In this document: piece by piece, positions 48,639-59,966 of the stretch
Numbering within the stretch: the first letter of the stretch is position 1
Layout: every line of letters begins with the position of its first letter
Origin: Castellaniella defragrans
GTDB taxonomy: Bacteria; Pseudomonadota; Gammaproteobacteria; Burkholderiales; Burkholderiaceae_B
DNA: 64,000 nt
Direction: 5' to 3' (one strand)
Assembly: GCF_040394755.1 (NCBI RefSeq)
Contig: NZ_JBEBRQ010000003.1
Position numbers and translations under genes: made by a program
Notes under the pieces: model-generated
What the model saw: the letters and a program-made list of their open reading frames with translations, nothing else
What the model was told of the DNA's origin: nothing
The model's database searches: none

Positions 48639-49931
48639 TTATTTTATCCCTGATATACGCCCAAGGCTAAATCGATATGACATCACAAGATATACAGCAT
48701 AAAGCAAACTATATCCCGCACTGTATGCCTGCAATGCATACACGTAATTTTGTGAGATATTAAGACTTGCCAAGGTCATTGCAAACAGGAAAACTTGCCA
48801 TATCAAATCAATATGCTGTTTCCCAGCGATATAAGCCATATAGCTCAATGGGCTAGCTATGAAACGAAGCGCGAAAAGAGGCAGCAACCAAATCGAAATT
48901 TTTCCAGCATCACGCCAAGTCTCACCAAAGGCCAGTGCAAAGAAAGGTTCGCTGATAATTATCATTATCATGCAAAACACGCATGAAGATAACGCCAGCA
49001 CCTTAAAGGTTCTGAGGTAATCACTACGGCATTCTCCTCTTTGACGGAAGCTGGCAGCTGCATGGCGTTTGAAAACGTCCAGTACTGATTTGCCGAGCAG
49101 TCCGATGGGAGCGCCAAGGATTCTCATAGACATAGCTAAAAGGCCTGCGATATCAGCGCCAAATCGACTTGCAACTATCAGAACCGGCAGTTGGGCCGCT
49201 GCTGTACTAATAACACCCGCAGGTAATGAATACAGTGGAAAACGACGATGCCGCCGCCAAAAATCTTGAATAATCGCTAATACTTGCCTGCCAGGCAATA
49301 CTCCCAGAGGCATCAAATAAAGCGACGCCACAAGTCCAATAATCTGCCCAAGTAAATATGAAATGGCTAGAGCATCAGCGGCTGCATGAAATACTCCAAC
49401 AATGATCTGAATGAGTGTGATTGCTCCAGCTTGCGCGATGCGCATCATTGATAATTGTCGATAGCGCCCCTCAGCAGCAGCCCAGGACTGCCAAGTTTGA
49501 GCCATTGCAACCGCTAGCGCCGCCGGAATCAGAAAAATTACCATAACCGGCGTTTGGTCGCCAATGATTCCCGGGATGAGCTGAACGCTGACCCCGCAAA
49601 GAATTGCGACTGCGCATGCGACCAGACCAGCAGTGGCGAGCGTGGACAACACGGCAAGCCGCCGGGGCTCACCATCAAACTCAATGGCAAGGGCTGTTTC
49701 GAATCTTCCTGTCAGAACGACACCCAATATCAGCACAATACCCAACCAAGCGGAAAAAATGCCGAAATCCGCTGGTACATATAGACGCGCAAGAACCAGC
49801 GAGCCAATCACAGGAATGACCTGGGCCAATACTGTCCCCGTCAATACGGAACCCACACTCCGCCAGTAACGATCAGAAACGATAAACCCCATCGACTTGA
49901 CAACGGCACTCAATGAAACAATAAACACCAA
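48639..49931 (-). CDS. wzx: O-unit flippase
   Basis: GTVLAQVIP..LARLYVPADFG, RRFPLYSLP, ~12 TM. Confidence 0.85.
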   Translation of the reverse strand: MVFIVSLSAVVKSMGFIVSDRYWRSVGSVLTGTVLAQVIPVIGSLVLARLYVPADFGIFSAWLGIVLILGVVLTGRFETALAIEFDGEPRRLAVLSTLATAGLVACAVAILCGVSVQLIPGIIGDQTPVMVIFLIPAALAVAMAQTWQSWAAAEGRYRQLSMMRIAQAGAITLIQIIVGVFHAAADALAISYLLGQIIGLVASLYLMPLGVLPGRQVLAIIQDFWRRHRRFPLYSLPAGVISTAAAQLPVLIVASRFGADIAGLLAMSMRILGAPIGLLGKSVLDVFKRHAAASFRQRGECRSDYLRTFKVLALSSCVFCMIMIIISEPFFALAFGETWRDAGKISIWLLPLFALRFIASPLSYMAYIAGKQHIDLIWQVFLFAMTLASLNISQNYVYALQAYSAGYSLLYAVYLVMSYRFSLGRISGIK

Positions 49932-50043
49932 ACTCCTGGAATCTGGCTGGATTGATCAAGAGATTCCTTAAGCAGGGTCCTTGGATCTTTCAAGAGATTC
50001 ATAGCGCGGGATAACATGCCAATTCCATAAATCGACATCCGAT

Positions 50044-51131
50044 TCAGGGTATTAGCGCCTTGACGATATAATTGATCAAATCATCAGACATATCCGCACT
50101 CATCGGCAAGCTCATGACATGCCGCGATGCGCTGGCCGCAACCGGCGTGCCCCCTGAATAACACAACCCCCCATAAACCGGCTGCTCATTGATTGGAACC
50201 GGATAGTGCACGGCAGTAGGAATGCCTGCTGCCTGAAGGCGCGCCTGCGTCGCTTCGCGATCCTCGCACAGGATCGAATATTGGCCGAATACCGAGGTCC
50301 TGTCCGGCCGCTGCACGACCCGCGGAAAGCCGATTTCATCCAGCATCCGGTTGTAGCGCGCGCCTATCTCGAGCCGCTGCGCGATCTCCCAATCGAACCG
50401 CTCCAGCTTTGCCAGCAGGATCGCGCACTGCAAGGTGTCCATGCGCCCGCCGACACCGATGCGCGTGTGGACGTAACGCCGGCTCTGCCCATGCACACGG
50501 ATTTCACGGCAGGCTTGCGCGATGGCGTCGTCGTTCGTGAAAATGGCGCCGCCGTCGCCATAGCAGCCCAGCGGCTTGCTGGGAAAAAAACTGGTGCAGC
50601 CGATGGAGGACAGGTTGCAGCTCTTGCGGCCCTTATATTCAGCGCCAAAGCTTTGCGCCGCATCCTCGATGACTGGAATGTTGCCGTGCCGGGCGGCGAT
50701 GGCGTTGATCTCGTCCATGTCGGCCGGCTGGCCATAGAGGCTGACCGGCATGATCGCCTTGGTGCGCGGGGTGATCACGGCCTCGATCAGGCCCGCATCG
50801 ATGTTGCAGGTGTCGGGCTCGATGTCGACAAAGACCGGTTTTGCGCCGAGCAGGACAATGACCTCCGCAGTAGCCACGAAGGTAAACGGGGTGGTGATGA
50901 CTTCATCGCCGGGGCCGATCCCCAGCGCCATCAGGCTGATCAGCAGGGCTTCGGTGCCGCTTGCGACGGTCACGCAATGTCTGGCCCCGGTGTAGGCTTG
51001 CAGGCGTTCCTCGAGTTCCTTGACTTCGGGCCCCATGATGTACTGGCCGTGTTCCAGAACGGCGTCGATGCGCGCCTGGATCTGCGGTTGCAATGCCCGA
51101 TACTGGGTCTTGAGGTCGATGAAGGGGATGC

Positions 51132-51135
<4 letters not shown>
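50044..51135 (-). CDS. wbpE: UDP-3-keto-GlcNAcA aminotransferase (DegT/DnrJ family)
   Basis: [42 protein letters not shown]; coupled to wbpD and wbpB. Confidence 0.88.
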
Positions 51136-52831
<1,696 letters not shown>

Positions 52832-52863
52832 CAATACTACGGAATCAAGGCTACCCGGCAGGT

Positions 52864-54051
52864 TTATGCCTGCGTGGCGTCGGATGAGGCCTCATCGTTT
52901 TTCCACCAGGCCAGCGCCAATGCGATGAACACGCCCAACATGCCGCCGAGCACCCCGCCGAGCACAAGGCCCAATGCCAGGCCCGGTTTGCGTTCCTTGA
53001 CCTCCGCCCCTTGGGGGGATGTCACGAAACGCATGCGCCGCAGATAGGTATTGATCCAGCCCTCGCGCTCGACATCGAGCGTATTCCAGGTTTGCTCGAT
53101 GATGTCGATGCTCTTGTCCTGGTCGCGGAAGACGTCCACCTGGATATCCGCCAGACCTTCCAGAAAGGCGCGGCCGGTCGGGGCCTGCTGCTGGGCTTGC
53201 TGCGCCTTGCAGTAATAGTCACGCATCAGCGCGCTGGCAACCCGGTCGCGCTCCCGGCTGGCCTTCTCAAGCTGCATGTCGAATATCCGGAGTTCCGTCG
53301 CCGTGAGCTGTACGACGGGCGACAGGAAGTACTCGCTGCCGTCTTTGTCCAGCGACACGATCTGCCGGCTGCTGTCGGCCATTGCGCTCGAGGGATGGTC
53401 CATGATGTCGCGCAATATGGCGACGCGCTTTTCCTCTTGACTGATGGAAAAATCGCTGGATAGCTGCTCATTGCGCAACTCTTGCTCGCGGGTGCTGAAA
53501 TCCGCGCAACGGGCCAGCAGGGTGTTTTCAAAGTTGGCGCGGATGGCAACATCGCGAATGAATTCGGCCAGCAGCGCGACGGGAGCCCCCTGCGTGGGTT
53601 CCTTGTGCGCCAATTGGATGCGTATCCCGATCAGGGTGCCGGCCTCCTCGCCCCCGACAGTCTTTACGCCGAAGGTCTTCTGGTCCTGGTCGGTAAAAGC
53701 AAACTCCGGTTTGAGCGCGGCCTTGAGCGCATCGGGCCTGTCCGTCAGATTGTGGAACAGTGCACCGTCGGCAATGTCGGCCTGACCGGCACTCAAGAGG
53801 AATTCCCGCAGGCGGGCGCCGCTGGAGAACACGCTCTGAAGGCGTTTGTAGTTGGTGGCGGACACGCCGGTGGTGAGAAACAAACTGTCGGAGACGTACC
53901 TGGTCGACAGGAGGCTTGCCACGACGCCGAGGGCTGCGCCCGCGATCACGAGACTGGCGATCAGGGTTTTCCGCCGCCAGATGGTGCAAACGAGTTGTCG
54001 CAAGTCGACTTCATCGTCATGACTTTGGGGCGTCGTCGGGTTAGGTTGCAT
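52864..54051 (-). CDS. wzz: O-antigen chain-length regulator (PCP-1)
   Basis: DDEVDLRQL..IWRRK TM1, periplasmic helical region, C-terminal KPGLALGLVLGGVLGG TM2. Confidence 0.85.
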   Translation of the reverse strand: MQPNPTTPQSHDDEVDLRQLVCTIWRRKTLIASLVIAGAALGVVASLLSTRYVSDSLFLTTGVSATNYKRLQSVFSSGARLREFLLSAGQADIADGALFHNLTDRPDALKAALKPEFAFTDQDQKTFGVKTVGGEEAGTLIGIRIQLAHKEPTQGAPVALLAEFIRDVAIRANFENTLLARCADFSTREQELRNEQLSSDFSISQEEKRVAILRDIMDHPSSAMADSSRQIVSLDKDGSEYFLSPVVQLTATELRIFDMQLEKASRERDRVASALMRDYYCKAQQAQQQAPTGRAFLEGLADIQVDVFRDQDKSIDIIEQTWNTLDVEREGWINTYLRRMRFVTSPQGAEVKERKPGLALGLVLGGVLGGMLGVFIALALAWWKNDEASSDATQA

Positions 54052-54260
54052 GGGCGTAGTAACAAAAATCTGAGCTCGGGCGACCCGCAAGGACATCTGG
54101 GGGAACGAACGAGAGATCGATCAATACCCTGCTCTTGACGCCCGTTGGAGGCTGGTACGCAGGGACAGTTGGAACACCTTCGCCTCCTGACTATGGTCGA
54201 GATTATATTTCCATTTCTTTTTCTTTGAAGGTTTTTTACATTATTCCCCTGCAACATCTC

Positions 54261-54300
54261 CGGTTATTTTCGGATATTTCTCATTATTTTCTGGTATTTT
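54261..54300. repeat. Four 10-bp tandem units (TATTTY core)
   Basis: CGGTTATTTT/CGGATATTTC/TCATTATTTT/CTGGTATTTT in the wzz-waaL2 divergent region. Confidence 0.65.
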
Positions 54301-54692
54301 CCGTCATCATATAGCTAATATCGTAGCAAATAGCGGCGAAGGTCTGCACGGTCCGAACGTATACATCCGCACAACCGTTCCATCCAATGGTGCGCAAATC
54401 AGGAGGCGTCCCCGGCAGATTTTCGTCCTGGCTGATTATATTCAAGGATGTGACTTAATATAACTTAATGTAATATTGGTAATTCTACCAAGAGCCTGCC
54501 GGCTGATGGACTACCGGCTCAATTTTTGTTAAGCCAGATCAAGAATCTCAAACAGCTGCGTCTCAGGAACAATCCTTCCCTTGATGACAAGTGCTGGGCC
54601 AGCGAGGGCGGCCACATCGCAACAAATTGTTTCCAGCGTAAAAAAAATGGTGGTTTACAATCCGCGAGACTCCAGCCCAGAACAGATCCCCG

Positions 54693-56060
54693 ATGTCCCC
54701 GACCCCGACCCCGGCCCCGGCCCGCACACCGGCCTGGCTGTCCACCTGGATGGCGGCCAGCACCGCGCTGTTTTTCCTGTTGATGCTCTCTGCCCCCTCG
54801 GGTTATTCCATGAGCGGCGGCTTGCTGTTCCTGGGCGGAATCATGATCTGGCTCGCCACCAGCGCCGTCCAGCGCAACCGCGCGATCGATGCGCCGGATT
54901 CATCGGCCGCTGCCTGGTCGGGCGAGGATCGGGTCCTGTGCTGGCTGCTGCTGGCATTTTTCCTGACGAATGCCGTGACCGTGCTGTGGCACGGCGACTC
55001 CGGCAAGTACCTGGACCAGGGAATACGGTACGTACTGGCAATCCCTATCCTGGCGGGACTGCGTCGTGCGCGTCTGCGCCTGGATTGGCTGTGGGCGGGA
55101 CTGGGTCTGGGGCTCATGGGCGCTGCCGCCGTCGCCTGGTGGCAGACCAGTCATATCGGCATACGGCGCGCGGATGGGTTCCTGACCAGTGCCATCCCTT
55201 TTGGCGACATCGCTCTGCTCATGGCCTTCTGGTGCTTCATGGGCGCAGTCCTGGCCGGGCAGCGCCGGCGCCATGCCTGGGCCGTATTCCTGCTGGCGGG
55301 AACGCTGGCCGGCGCCTACGCGTTCATCGCATCGGCCACGCGCGGCGGACTGGTCGCCCTGCCGATCCTGGTCATCCTGGCGGCAGCGGCGCTGCTGCAG
55401 CCGCGCCGCGCGCATCCCCTGGCGCTGCGGCACACCATGATGGTGGCGGGCGGCGTTGCAGTGGTGGCGGCAGGCGCGGCAGCCGTCATGATCGCCCTTC
55501 CCAGCGGGCAAATCGCAGAAGGCCGCTACACACACGCCATGACGGAATGGCGGGCCTATGCTCAAGAAGGCGATGCGAGGAACAATATCGGCTCGCGCCT
55601 CGAGGCCTGGAAATCCGCCTTGATCAGCATTCCCGAGCGCCCCCTGCTGGGCTGGGGCCACAAGGAATACGATGCCCAGATACAGCGCCTGATCGAGGCC
55701 GAGCGCATTCACCCATTCGTGGCCACATTGGCCAACACCCACAATAACTTCATCGAGGTCTGGCTGCGCCAGGGCTCTTTGGGCCTGATCGCATTCCTGG
55801 CCCTGATGATCACGAGTTTCTGGTATTTCTGCCGGCGCCTGCGCGCACCCAGCCTGGTGGTGCGAGTACTGGCCTGCTGCGGCGCCAGCCTGCCTGCGGG
55901 TTTCGCGGCCTTCGGACTGACCCAGGTGATCCTGGGGCGCAACAACGGGGTGATGTTTTTCGTGCTATCCCTGGCTATCCTGTGGGCCGCAATGCGGCAG
56001 ATGGAGGCGGATGCCCGGCGGTCAGTTACAGAGGCGCAATCCGATCGAAATCGACGCTGA
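54693..56060 (+). CDS. O-antigen ligase (WaaL/Wzy_C) family, copy 2
   Basis: SATRGG, NIGSRLEAW, THNNF, FGLTQVILGRNNG; paralogue of 17577..18890. Confidence 0.85.
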   Translation: MSPTPTPAPARTPAWLSTWMAASTALFFLLMLSAPSGYSMSGGLLFLGGIMIWLATSAVQRNRAIDAPDSSAAAWSGEDRVLCWLLLAFFLTNAVTVLWHGDSGKYLDQGIRYVLAIPILAGLRRARLRLDWLWAGLGLGLMGAAAVAWWQTSHIGIRRADGFLTSAIPFGDIALLMAFWCFMGAVLAGQRRRHAWAVFLLAGTLAGAYAFIASATRGGLVALPILVILAAAALLQPRRAHPLALRHTMMVAGGVAVVAAGAAAVMIALPSGQIAEGRYTHAMTEWRAYAQEGDARNNIGSRLEAWKSALISIPERPLLGWGHKEYDAQIQRLIEAERIHPFVATLANTHNNFIEVWLRQGSLGLIAFLALMITSFWYFCRRLRAPSLVVRVLACCGASLPAGFAAFGLTQVILGRNNGVMFFVLSLAILWAAMRQMEADARRSVTEAQSDRNRR

Positions 56061-56628
56061 CCAGCTGCGGCCGCCCGAGGATCTCGAGCAGCAGCGTCAC
56101 ACGATCGCGCGATACGGCCTGCACCAGGGCCTGCAAACCGCCCAGGGCCGGATCCTGCAGGCGCACGGGCGTGCCAGGCTGGTAGGGGCTGATCTGCGTA
56201 AGTCCCGTGTGTTCGCGCGCGGCCTCGGCCGCGCGGATTCCATCGACCAGGGGCTGGGCGATGCGGGCAGGCTGGCTGCCGAACATCACCAGGCGGCTGA
56301 CGCCTTGCGTCGAGCGCACGCAGGACAGGGACTGGGTAGGGCGGCTCGGCCGCAGGAACAGATAGCGCGGAAACATGGGCTCGTGGGCGGTCAGCGTCTG
56401 GGCTGACGGCGCACCGTCCGGGACCGCTGCTGCCCGGCCCGCGCCGCGCCGGCGCGGCGCCTTGAACACCTTGAACATCGGCAGATAAACCTCGAATCCC
56501 TGGCGCAGCAGATGCTCGCGCGCGAGGGATTCCCCGCGCGGTTTGGTATGCACGACGAACCAGTCCGCCACATCGTGAGAGACGGCAGGCGAATCGGCGG
56601 GTCTTTTGGAACCGGCGGTGGCGATCAT
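56026..56628 (-). CDS. rfaH: Transcription antiterminator RfaH (NusG paralogue)
   Basis: WFVVHTKPRGE..A.EHL.RQGFEVYLP, PMFPRYLF, STQGVSRLVMFG, KOW-like C-terminus. Confidence 0.88.
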   Translation of the reverse strand: MIATAGSKRPADSPAVSHDVADWFVVHTKPRGESLAREHLLRQGFEVYLPMFKVFKAPRRRGAGRAAAVPDGAPSAQTLTAHEPMFPRYLFLRPSRPTQSLSCVRSTQGVSRLVMFGSQPARIAQPLVDGIRAAEAAREHTGLTQISPYQPGTPVRLQDPALGGLQALVQAVSRDRVTLLLEILGRPQLVSVDFDRIAPL

Positions 56629-56754
56629 GCAGATAGGCCCATCGGAAACAGCTCTTTATTGTAAGCGCTGGGCCGCTGTGCGCGGCCCAGCCTCGCGCCG
56701 TCCCCTGACGACACCATCGCAACCGCCCTGGCCTGCATCGGCCGCGAACCGGAT

Positions 56755-57420
56755 TTATCGCCCCATCCTCGACGAGCGCCGCCCGGCGGAATCCGCCAGC
56801 GCGCAGCACAACATGGCAAGCAGCCCGCCAGCCCCGGCCAGCGCCATGTCCTTGTGCGCGTCCCAGACATCGCCCTGAGTCCCCAGGTAATGCATCCCCA
56901 GGTCGCCGCCGAACCATATGGCGGCGCCCCATTCGATCAGCTCGTACAGAGCCGAGGTGCCGAGGATGATGTTCAGGGGCAGGAAATACGACCAGAATCC
57001 GGGCGCCCGGATCACCCGCAGCAGGAACTCGCGCACCGGGACCACGAACAGCAGACCATAGGCGAAATGGACGAGACGGTCGAACTGGTTGCGGTCCCAG
57101 CCCATCCGCGCATCCAGCCCGCGCCCGGTCAGCGTCTGGATCCAGGCATCGTACGGAACCTCGGAATAGGTGTAGTGCGAACCCAGGGCATGCAGGGCCA
57201 GAAAGGCGAGGATCATCGCCAGGGACCCATCCGACAGCCGGAACCACCGGTACAGGGCCGCCAGGGCCAGCCATAGCGCCGCCACCAGAACGTTTTCGAG
57301 GATCCAGGTCGGGCGGTCGGCTGGCCCGATGGCCAGTACGACCCACAGCAGGGCGTATGCGGCGACCGCGAAACGCGGCCAGAAGCGGGAGGGCATATGC
57401 CCGGACTCTGGCGCGCGCAT
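56755..57420 (-). CDS. DUF2238/YjdF-like membrane protein
   Basis: WILEN, HYTYSEVP, RNQFDRLVHF, YELIEW, GTQGDVWDAHKDM. Confidence 0.88.
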   Translation of the reverse strand: MRAPESGHMPSRFWPRFAVAAYALLWVVLAIGPADRPTWILENVLVAALWLALAALYRWFRLSDGSLAMILAFLALHALGSHYTYSEVPYDAWIQTLTGRGLDARMGWDRNQFDRLVHFAYGLLFVVPVREFLLRVIRAPGFWSYFLPLNIILGTSALYELIEWGAAIWFGGDLGMHYLGTQGDVWDAHKDMALAGAGGLLAMLCCALADSAGRRSSRMGR

Positions 57421-57425
57421 GTCCG

Positions 57426-59033
57426 TCAACCCTTCAACCGTCCGATCCAGTGGCGCGTCGAGGCATCGTGCGCGGCATCCAGGCCCGGCCCGGCAGCGGC
57501 GCCGCCCGTCGCCTCATCGGGAGACAGCGCCTCCACGATTCCGCGCGCCAGGACCTTGCCGTATTCCACCCCCCACTGGTCGAAGGGGTCGATCCCCCAG
57601 ATCACGCCCTGGGTAAAGACCCGGTGCTCGTAGAGCGCCAGCAGCGCGCCCAACGTGTAGGGCGACAAACGCGGCAACACGATGAGGTGGTTGGGCCGCC
57701 GGCCAGGATGTGTGCGATGGCGCGCCAGCCAGTCGGCGCGCTCCGGGTCCAGGCCCTCGGCGAGGCACTCGGCGCGCGCCTGCTCGAAGGTCTTGCCGCG
57801 CATCAGGGCCTCGCGCTGGGCCAGGCAATTGGCCAGCAGGGCGCGATGGTGCGCCGGCCAATGATGATCGGCCATGCGGCACAGGATGAAGTCCACCGGC
57901 GCGCCGTCGCTGCCCTGGTGCAGCCACTGGAAGAACGTGTGCTGGGCATCGGTACCCGGCATACCCCAGACGGCCGGCCCCGTGGGCACGCCCACCGGGC
58001 GGCCGGCCAGGTCGACGGACTTGCCCAGGGATTCCATGTCCAGTTGCTGCACGTAGGACACGAGATTGGCCAGGCGCGAGTCGTAGGGCGCGATGTTCAG
58101 CGAGCCATAGCCCAGCACGCTGCGGTTGGCGACGCCCGCCAGCGCCATGCGCACCGGCGCATTGATGATCGGCGGCGCCTCGGCGAAATGCTGATCCATG
58201 GCCGCAGCCCCCGCACGCAAGCCCGCCAGCACGTCGACGCTGACCGCCAGCGCGGTAGTCAGGCTGACCGCCGACCACAGCGAGAACCGCCCGCCGACCC
58301 AATCCCACATGCGAAAGACATTGCCCTCAGGCACGCCCCAGGCGATGGCGCGCTCGGGGCGGGCGGTAATGGCGGCGATGTTCGCCTGCGGATCGGCGCC
58401 GCCGGCGATCAGCCATTCGCGCGCGCGCGCGCCGTTTTGCAGGGTTTCGGCCGTCGTAAAGGATTTCGAGGCCAGGACGACGAGGGTGTCGCGCGGATCG
58501 AGGCCGGCCAGCCCGCCCTCGATCGCATGGCCATCAATATTGGCCACGAACCGCACCTGGCGCCACAGACCGGCATAGCCGAAGGCCGCCACCGCCAGGC
58601 GCACACCCCAGTCGCTGCCGCCGATGCCGATGTGCACGATGTTGCGCCAGCGCCGTTCGGCATCGGCGCTGCGCACCCAGGCGTCCATGCGGATGCGCTC
58701 GGCCAGGACCTCGGGCGGAGCGACCGGCGCCCGCAAGGCGGTGTGCCAGGCCGGCCGCGCCTCGGTGAAATTGACCGTTTCGCCGGCCAGCAGGCGGGCG
58801 CGCTGCTCATTGAAGCCACGCGCCTCGAGCAGCGCGCAGCCAGCCGCGCCCAAGGTATCCGAATGGCGCTGTCCGCTGAAATCCACGGTCAGCCCCGGCG
58901 CCTCGATGAGATCGAGGACATCATCAGCGCGCGGCGCGCTGGCGCGCACCGCCTCGGCAAAGCACGCCCATTCGGGCAGGTCCGCCAAAGCCGGGAGCTG
59001 GGCGGTCGGTGTCATGTCCGGCATATGTGTCAT
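57426..59033 (-). CDS. pgi: Glucose-6-phosphate isomerase
   Basis: GIGGSD, SKSFTT.ET, WVGGRFSLWS, QQLDMESLGK, FDQWGVEYGK. Confidence 0.95.
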   Translation of the reverse strand: MTHMPDMTPTAQLPALADLPEWACFAEAVRASAPRADDVLDLIEAPGLTVDFSGQRHSDTLGAAGCALLEARGFNEQRARLLAGETVNFTEARPAWHTALRAPVAPPEVLAERIRMDAWVRSADAERRWRNIVHIGIGGSDWGVRLAVAAFGYAGLWRQVRFVANIDGHAIEGGLAGLDPRDTLVVLASKSFTTAETLQNGARAREWLIAGGADPQANIAAITARPERAIAWGVPEGNVFRMWDWVGGRFSLWSAVSLTTALAVSVDVLAGLRAGAAAMDQHFAEAPPIINAPVRMALAGVANRSVLGYGSLNIAPYDSRLANLVSYVQQLDMESLGKSVDLAGRPVGVPTGPAVWGMPGTDAQHTFFQWLHQGSDGAPVDFILCRMADHHWPAHHRALLANCLAQREALMRGKTFEQARAECLAEGLDPERADWLARHRTHPGRRPNHLIVLPRLSPYTLGALLALYEHRVFTQGVIWGIDPFDQWGVEYGKVLARGIVEALSPDEATGGAAAGPGLDAAHDASTRHWIGRLKG

Positions 59034-59190
59034 GGTGCGAGTATAAATAAAGAGACCGCCGACTGGCCTGTATTCACACTGCATCATTGCGGATTCCACG
59101 CCCGGGATGCATGCGTCCATGCGGCGGCGCACACCATATAATAGGTCCTTCCCCCGTCGACGCCCCCTCCCGCGTGGCACAAACCGATTC

Positions 59191-59880
59191 ATGGCCCGAC
59201 TTCCTCGCCTCTACGCACCACGCATCCCGCAACTGGCCCAGGCCCATTTCGCGCAGGCTTTCGCCCAGGCATCCGAGCCGGCCCCGGCGGCGGATCTGGA
59301 CCGTCTGCGGGACTGGCTGGGCCAGGAGGTCGCGCGCCACGGGCTGGCGCTGCACGCCTGGGTGATCACCCCGGACCGCGTGTGCCTGCTGGGCACCCCC
59401 ACGGATGCGCACGGCCTGTCGCGCGTGATCCAGGGCCTGGGGCGGCGCATGGGGGCCGGTATGCAGCGCGGCCGGGCCTACGAGGGCCGCTATCACAACG
59501 CCCTGCTCGAACCTGGCCGCTGGGTACTGCCGGCGATGGTATGGCTGGAATCCCTGCCTGCGACGCTGGGCTATGTGGACGCCCCGGCGCGCTGGCCCTG
59601 GTCGTCGGCGACGGGGCATATCGGCCTGGGCGCCGATCCCATGCTGGCCGACCACATGGATTACTGGAACGAAGGCAACACGCCATTCTCGCGCCAGGCC
59701 GGCTACCGCCAACGGCTGGAGGCTGGCGTGGATCCCCGCCACCACACGCAGATCGAAACCGCGCTCCTGGGCCAATGGGCCCTGGGCGAACGCATATTCC
59801 TCACCCATCTGGGACGCCTGGCCTCGCGGCGCGTCGCCCCCTCCCCGCGCGGCCGGCCGCGCAAATCGGCCTCGGCCTGA
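59191..59880 (+). CDS. RAYT/IS200 (Y1)-like protein lacking HUH and catalytic Tyr, with C-terminal AT-hook-like RGRP
   Basis: MARLPRL, LHAWVITPDRVCLL (canonical AYxxMPNHVHLL), EGRY, WLESLP (canonical YIxxNP), WPWSS, PRGRPRK. Confidence 0.75.
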   Translation: MARLPRLYAPRIPQLAQAHFAQAFAQASEPAPAADLDRLRDWLGQEVARHGLALHAWVITPDRVCLLGTPTDAHGLSRVIQGLGRRMGAGMQRGRAYEGRYHNALLEPGRWVLPAMVWLESLPATLGYVDAPARWPWSSATGHIGLGADPMLADHMDYWNEGNTPFSRQAGYRQRLEAGVDPRHHTQIETALLGQWALGERIFLTHLGRLASRRVAPSPRGRPRKSASA

Positions 59881-59892
59881 GCGGACGAACCA

Positions 59893-59930
59893 CGGGGGTG
59901 GAACAGCCCCTGCGGACTGTTCCACCCCCG
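59893..59930. repeat. REP-like perfect palindrome / possible bidirectional terminator
   Basis: CGGGGGTGGAACAG-N10-CTGTTCCACCCCCG between convergent genes; no U-tract. Confidence 0.7.
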
Positions 59931-59966
59931 GCGCATCAGATCGAAACGCAAACGGCTTGCGCCCCC

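Noticed and set aside
59191-59880. Active IS200/IS605 mobile element
   Set aside because: Catalytic HUH and Tyr are absent, there is no tnpB, and no left-end hairpin was seen.
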